Of a DNA stretch of 64,000 bases, positions 60,174 to 64,000 are shown one piece after another. A program made the translations under genes and the position numbers. Position 1 is the stretch's first letter, and every line of letters begins with the position of its first letter. The notes beneath the pieces were generated by a model. The model saw only the letters and a program-made list of their open reading frames with translations. It searched no databases and was not told the origin of the DNA. The stretch is from Gammaproteobacteria bacterium (GTDB lineage Bacteria; Pseudomonadota; Gammaproteobacteria; Arenicellales; UBA868): positions 2,539 through 66,538 of the forward strand of contig JAKUQR010000014.1 in the NCBI GenBank assembly GCA_022450155.1, given 5' to 3'.

Positions 60174-61427
60174 TTAATCGATTCCAGCCGCCTTTAACCC
60201 ATTTTCAAAATAAAACGTTGACTGATTAGGTTGTGCAATCAGATCACAAACCAGCTGGGTATCTGTCGGCTGTTGTTGCTCGTAAGTCTGGATAATGTTG
60301 AATTTTTGATCTTTCAATTCAGCCAAGTAGACATTCTGGACCACGTGGTGGGTCTGGGGATCAATTGTGATTTTTCCACTTGGCCCGTTAATACTCGTCG
60401 GTGCATCCAGTGCCTCGATCACCTTCATCCGATCAGCAGTTCCCGCGGCTTTAACAGCTTCTGCCCAAAGATAAATACCCTCATACTGACGGGCGGCAAG
60501 CTCGTTCAAATAGGGTGCGTCAGCTCCGAATCTAGCCTGGAACCGATCGACGAAGGCCTTATTGTCCGCCGATTCAATTTCCTCAAAATAACTGTAAGCG
60601 ACGATCATGCCATCGCCTTCTTCTGCAGAAATCATCAAGTGTTCATTACCAACACCAAAGGTAGTAGATGCAATCGGAACACTCTTGTTCATGCCGGCAG
60701 CAGCATACTGTCTGTAAAACGACACATGGGCACCACCGACCAACGCAGACATGACCATATCCGGCTTGGCTGCCTGGATCTTTTTGATGGTTGGTCCAAA
60801 GTTGGTCACATCAAGTGGGAAAAATTCCGTTTCGACAGGGTCACCACCATTGTCACGGACATATTTCTGGACCCAGTCGGCAGTGATGTGGCCGTAGTTG
60901 TAGTCAGCCGCAATGATGTAAACCTTCTTACCCCAATTGTTCATTGTATAGGGCACAAGTTTTTCTACGGTCTGGCCCGGTGTTGAACCTGTGCAATAGT
61001 TATTGGTATCGCAGACACCGCCTTCATACAGGGTATTGTAAAAATAAAGGGTACGGTATCGGCTCAATAATGGCCTGATTGACTCACGTGATGCTGATGT
61101 GATGCCAGCCTGAACAACATCCACCTTGTCACTGGTAGCGGCCTTTGTCGCGTATTGCGTATAGAACTGAATAGTCGACTGTGGATCGTAGACCGTCAGG
61201 TCCACCTGCTTGCCCAACAATCCACCTGCTGCATTGATCTCTTCGACTGCCAAATGACTCGCATCCACCATCGGTCTACCGTAGATATCAAGACCGCCAG
61301 ACTGATCTAAAATCACAGCCATCTTTAGCGCATCAGCCGCCTGAGCTTGTCCGATAAACGCTGGGGCTGTCAGTACCGTGGCAGTTGCCGAGGCTCCTTT
61401 TAGAAAGTTTCTTCGATTGATTGTCAT
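60174..61427 (-). CDS. LivJ/AmiC/UrtA-type periplasmic substrate-binding protein with Tat signal
   Basis: The start was set at ATG 61427 (MTINRRNFLKGASATATVL...AQA), which has a GGAGA RBS. Twin-arginine motif present. Type I periplasmic-binding fold. Confidence 0.85.
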   Translation of the reverse strand: MTINRRNFLKGASATATVLTAPAFIGQAQAADALKMAVILDQSGGLDIYGRPMVDASHLAVEEINAAGGLLGKQVDLTVYDPQSTIQFYTQYATKAATSDKVDVVQAGITSASRESIRPLLSRYRTLYFYNTLYEGGVCDTNNYCTGSTPGQTVEKLVPYTMNNWGKKVYIIAADYNYGHITADWVQKYVRDNGGDPVETEFFPLDVTNFGPTIKKIQAAKPDMVMSALVGGAHVSFYRQYAAAGMNKSVPIASTTFGVGNEHLMISAEEGDGMIVAYSYFEEIESADNKAFVDRFQARFGADAPYLNELAARQYEGIYLWAEAVKAAGTADRMKVIEALDAPTSINGPSGKITIDPQTHHVVQNVYLAELKDQKFNIIQTYEQQQPTDTQLVCDLIAQPNQSTFYFENGLKAAGID

Positions 61428-61521
61428 ATCATTGTCTCCCTTGGTTTTGAATTTGAGCGATCCCACTCCAGAATCGCCATGAACTCCATCTCTATTTCAG
61501 AGTTCTTTACCCCCGAAACGC

Positions 61522-63168
61522 TTATTCGGTGGGATTACTTTTCCACCGATCAAAGGCCTCTTGGTCTTCAGAAGATTCCTCACCGGCCTGGTTACTCGGT
61601 GGATTCGATATCTGATCAGAAATACCCTTAATACCGTCACCAATATTGATGCCGATTTCCTCACCGAGTTTCTTCACTGCAGGCAATTGCAGTGCCATCG
61701 ACAAAACACCATCAACCACCTGGTTGACAACAGCTTTATCCGTACCACTCCCGTCAGAACCACCGCCGGAATTACCAAACCCTGTGACGTGATTGATTCT
61801 GATGCTGTCGATCTTTTCAGCAGGCTTCACCATGCTGTCGACGACCTCGGGTAAGATTTCGAGCTTACGCATATGTAGCTTCATCTCGATAAGATCGTCA
61901 CTTTGACTGTTCTCTGATGCAATCAGGGCAGCTTCTCCTTCGGCACGCGCTATCAGTTGGATCCGTTCGGCCTCTGCCCGCGTCATCGTTGCATCCGCCT
62001 CGGCTTTCGCCATCGCGAGCAGCGTACCTGTCTCACTGCCAACTCGGGTTTCATCAACCTCAGCCTGTTCATGAGCACGGATCATTGCTAATTCCCGTTC
62101 ACGCTCTGCAACCGCAATCTCCCTTACCGTCTCAAGACCTTCTTTAGCCCGAACCTCCTCGGACTTGGCTTCTTCGACTTCGACCTGCGCCTTGGCGACT
62201 TCAGCCTGCTGCGAAGCAATCACAATCTCTCTTTCAAGTCGACGTAATTCTGATGCCTGCGCAGCGTCTAGTTCAGCCCGTCTTATTTCCCGGCCACTCT
62301 GAATCTCCTTCGCTTTGACTTCCTTGTCTTTTTCTATTCGTGCAAATTCCTGCCGCTGCTCAGAGCCAGATCTTTCTTCAGCTATGGCCGCGTCGCTAAC
62401 AGCGCGCTCACGCTCAATGTTTAACTGTTGTTGAATCTGGGCTTCTTCCTCCTCCTGCTCAATGTTCAGGCGCTCCTTCGTGGCGTCCAACTTACTCTTG
62501 CGAACCGCGACATCAGCATCAGCCTCAATGACAGCACGTTCTTTCTTACTGTTTGAAACAATCTCAGCCAATCGACGAAGGCCGATAGCATTGAAGGCAT
62601 TATTTTCGTCGAGTGTATTGAAAGGCGTTTGATCCAGTCGGGTCAAAGAAACCGACTCCAGTATTAGTCCGTTTTGGGACAGGTTTGGCTTCAACATCTC
62701 GTCGACCTGAGCAACGTACCGCCCACGCTCATTTTGGAGTTCGTCCATGGTGTAGTTAGCTGCCACCGACAATATCGCATCTACCAGTTTACCTTCCAGT
62801 GTCTCAGCAAGATCGTCGGGGCGAAATGTCTTGCCGGCTAAAGCCTGGGCCGCTGTCGCAACGCCTGAGTCGCTAGGATCTACTCGTACGTAGAACTCGA
62901 CGGTAACATCTACACGCAAGCGATCAACGGTAATCACAGATGTCTCACCAGAGCGTACAACCTCAAGACGCGTCGTCTTCATATTGACTTCTGAGACGCG
63001 GTGCAGAAACGGAAGAGCAAGAAAGCCCCCATCCGTGATAATTCTTTGTCCGCCAAGACCTGTTCGGATTAACGCAACTTCGCGGGACGCTTTTCGGTAA
63101 AAGCGGTTCAGCAAAACAATCGCCACAATGATGGCGATGACCACTACGATCAACCAGACCCAATACAT
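61522..63168 (-). CDS. flotillin-like SPFH/band-7 protein (second copy, YqiK-like)
   Basis: N-terminal TM helix, SPFH domain and E/A/R-rich coiled coil. Paralogous to 30719..33283. 548 aa. Confidence 0.8.
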   Translation of the reverse strand: MYWVWLIVVVIAIIVAIVLLNRFYRKASREVALIRTGLGGQRIITDGGFLALPFLHRVSEVNMKTTRLEVVRSGETSVITVDRLRVDVTVEFYVRVDPSDSGVATAAQALAGKTFRPDDLAETLEGKLVDAILSVAANYTMDELQNERGRYVAQVDEMLKPNLSQNGLILESVSLTRLDQTPFNTLDENNAFNAIGLRRLAEIVSNSKKERAVIEADADVAVRKSKLDATKERLNIEQEEEEAQIQQQLNIERERAVSDAAIAEERSGSEQRQEFARIEKDKEVKAKEIQSGREIRRAELDAAQASELRRLEREIVIASQQAEVAKAQVEVEEAKSEEVRAKEGLETVREIAVAERERELAMIRAHEQAEVDETRVGSETGTLLAMAKAEADATMTRAEAERIQLIARAEGEAALIASENSQSDDLIEMKLHMRKLEILPEVVDSMVKPAEKIDSIRINHVTGFGNSGGGSDGSGTDKAVVNQVVDGVLSMALQLPAVKKLGEEIGINIGDGIKGISDQISNPPSNQAGEESSEDQEAFDRWKSNPTE

Positions 63169-63472
63169 GTGCCCCCCGTCCCCCTTTTATATTTGCGAGT
63201 GTCGATTCATCATGGGAGCCAAAATACCATATTGATCCCATCACTCTGACTGTGAAATTGTATCTTTTGATGGATATTGCACAGTAGATGACAAGTCAGT
63301 CGTAAGTCAATACATCTCGTTGCCTTTTTAGACGATAATCGAGTAGTCCACAGAGGGTAATTCTCTAATATTTAAAAAGGGGTTTAGTATCCAACAAGCG
63401 ATTAACCACCGTTCCTTTTGCTCAAGAATTGACTAAATTTACCCACTGACCTTTAAATAATAAGTAGGAATC

Positions 63473-64000
63473 ATGAGTCTTGATGATCTGATCAACAGCG
63501 AACAGCCAATCATTCTCGATGGCGGGATTGGCACCGAGCTGGAACGGCTTGGCGCACCCATGGATCACGAAGCCTGGTGCGCGGTGGCTCTTGAGACCCA
63601 CCCCCAACTGGTTCGGGATGTCCATAGATCCTATATCGATGCCGGTGCCGATATCATCACCGTGAACTCCTATGCCACGACACGGCACGCACTCAACAAC
63701 GGTGGAATGCAGGAAAACTTCACGAGTTGGAACAAACTGGCAGTACAACTCGCCAAAGAGACACTCGATGCGAGTGAACCGGACAGAAAAATCCTGATTG
63801 CAGGATCAGTGTCGAATTTTGGCCACTTCGACGATAGATATACAGACGAACAACTGGCACCCAATTTCAGGGATCAGGCAGAGATACTGATCGAAAACGG
63901 TGTCGACTTCATTATTCTTGAGAGCCTGGGTGCCAAGACCTCCACTATTGTGACCGCACTGAATGCTATCGCTGCATTCGATGTGCCCATCTGGGTCGCC
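63473..64000 (+). CDS. homocysteine S-methyltransferase-family protein (MmuM/BHMT-like), 3' partial (continues beyond window)
   Basis: MSLDDLINSEQPIILDGGIGTELERLG... and the later GAD.IITVNSYATT are hallmark Hcy-methyltransferase motifs. ATG 63473 has an AGGA RBS. No stop before the window end. Confidence 0.75.
   Translation, partial: MSLDDLINSEQPIILDGGIGTELERLGAPMDHEAWCAVALETHPQLVRDVHRSYIDAGADIITVNSYATTRHALNNGGMQENFTSWNKLAVQLAKETLDASEPDRKILIAGSVSNFGHFDDRYTDEQLAPNFRDQAEILIENGVDFIILESLGAKTSTIVTALNAIAAFDVPIWVA

Noticed and set aside
63429-63460. TTGACT-N17-TTTAAA sigma70-like promoter upstream of the homocysteine methyltransferase gene
   Set aside because: The spacing would put the transcription start on top of the AGGA ribosome-binding site, leaving almost no 5' UTR. 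The -10 element matches the consensus at only 4 of 6 positions. The evidence is too weak to annotate.
1-64000. Mobile elements, CRISPR arrays, tRNA/rRNA genes
   Set aside because: There are no transposase, integrase or recombinase motifs and no direct-repeat or spacer periodicity. No intergenic region (all under 320 bp) shows tRNA-like conserved T-loop or anticodon-arm features. The repetition in the window is at the protein-paralogue level, not the DNA-repeat level.

Overview
Contiguous chromosomal segment from a moderately GC-rich bacterium, gene-dense with about 54 protein-coding genes. No rRNA, tRNA, CRISPR array, transposase or integrase was recognisable. The window is dominated by amide, ureide and lactam-type hydrolases and their transporters. 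(1) Three paralogous modules each encode an isochorismatase-family hydrolase, a hydantoinase A (HyuA) and a hydantoinase B (HyuB). This is the architecture of the ATP-dependent N-methylhydantoinase plus N-carbamoylsarcosine-amidase pathway for creatinine-type substrates. (2) Three amidase-signature enzymes are present, one of them fused in-frame to a LivF-type ABC ATPase. (3) There is also an M20 carbamoylase/allantoate-amidohydrolase-type enzyme and a cytoplasmic class A beta-lactamase homologue. (4) Four PhyH/AspH-type 2-oxoglutarate oxygenases occur, one with an EctD-like ectoine-hydroxylase signature and one interrupted by an in-frame TGA. (5) Two ABC importers are encoded, one PotABCD-like and one LivFGHM/J-like. 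(6) Two flotillin-like SPFH coiled-coil proteins bracket the region. The most unusual signal is a small uncharacterised domain of about 90 aa associated with HyuB. It occurs three times: as a stand-alone gene, fused to the N-terminus of HyuB in module 2 and fused to the C-terminus of HyuB in module 3. A pair of paralogous four-helix membrane proteins also accompanies modules 2 and 3. A long Lhr helicase, a 2H phosphoesterase and a few housekeeping-type genes sit between. No transcriptional regulator was recognisable anywhere in the 64 kb.
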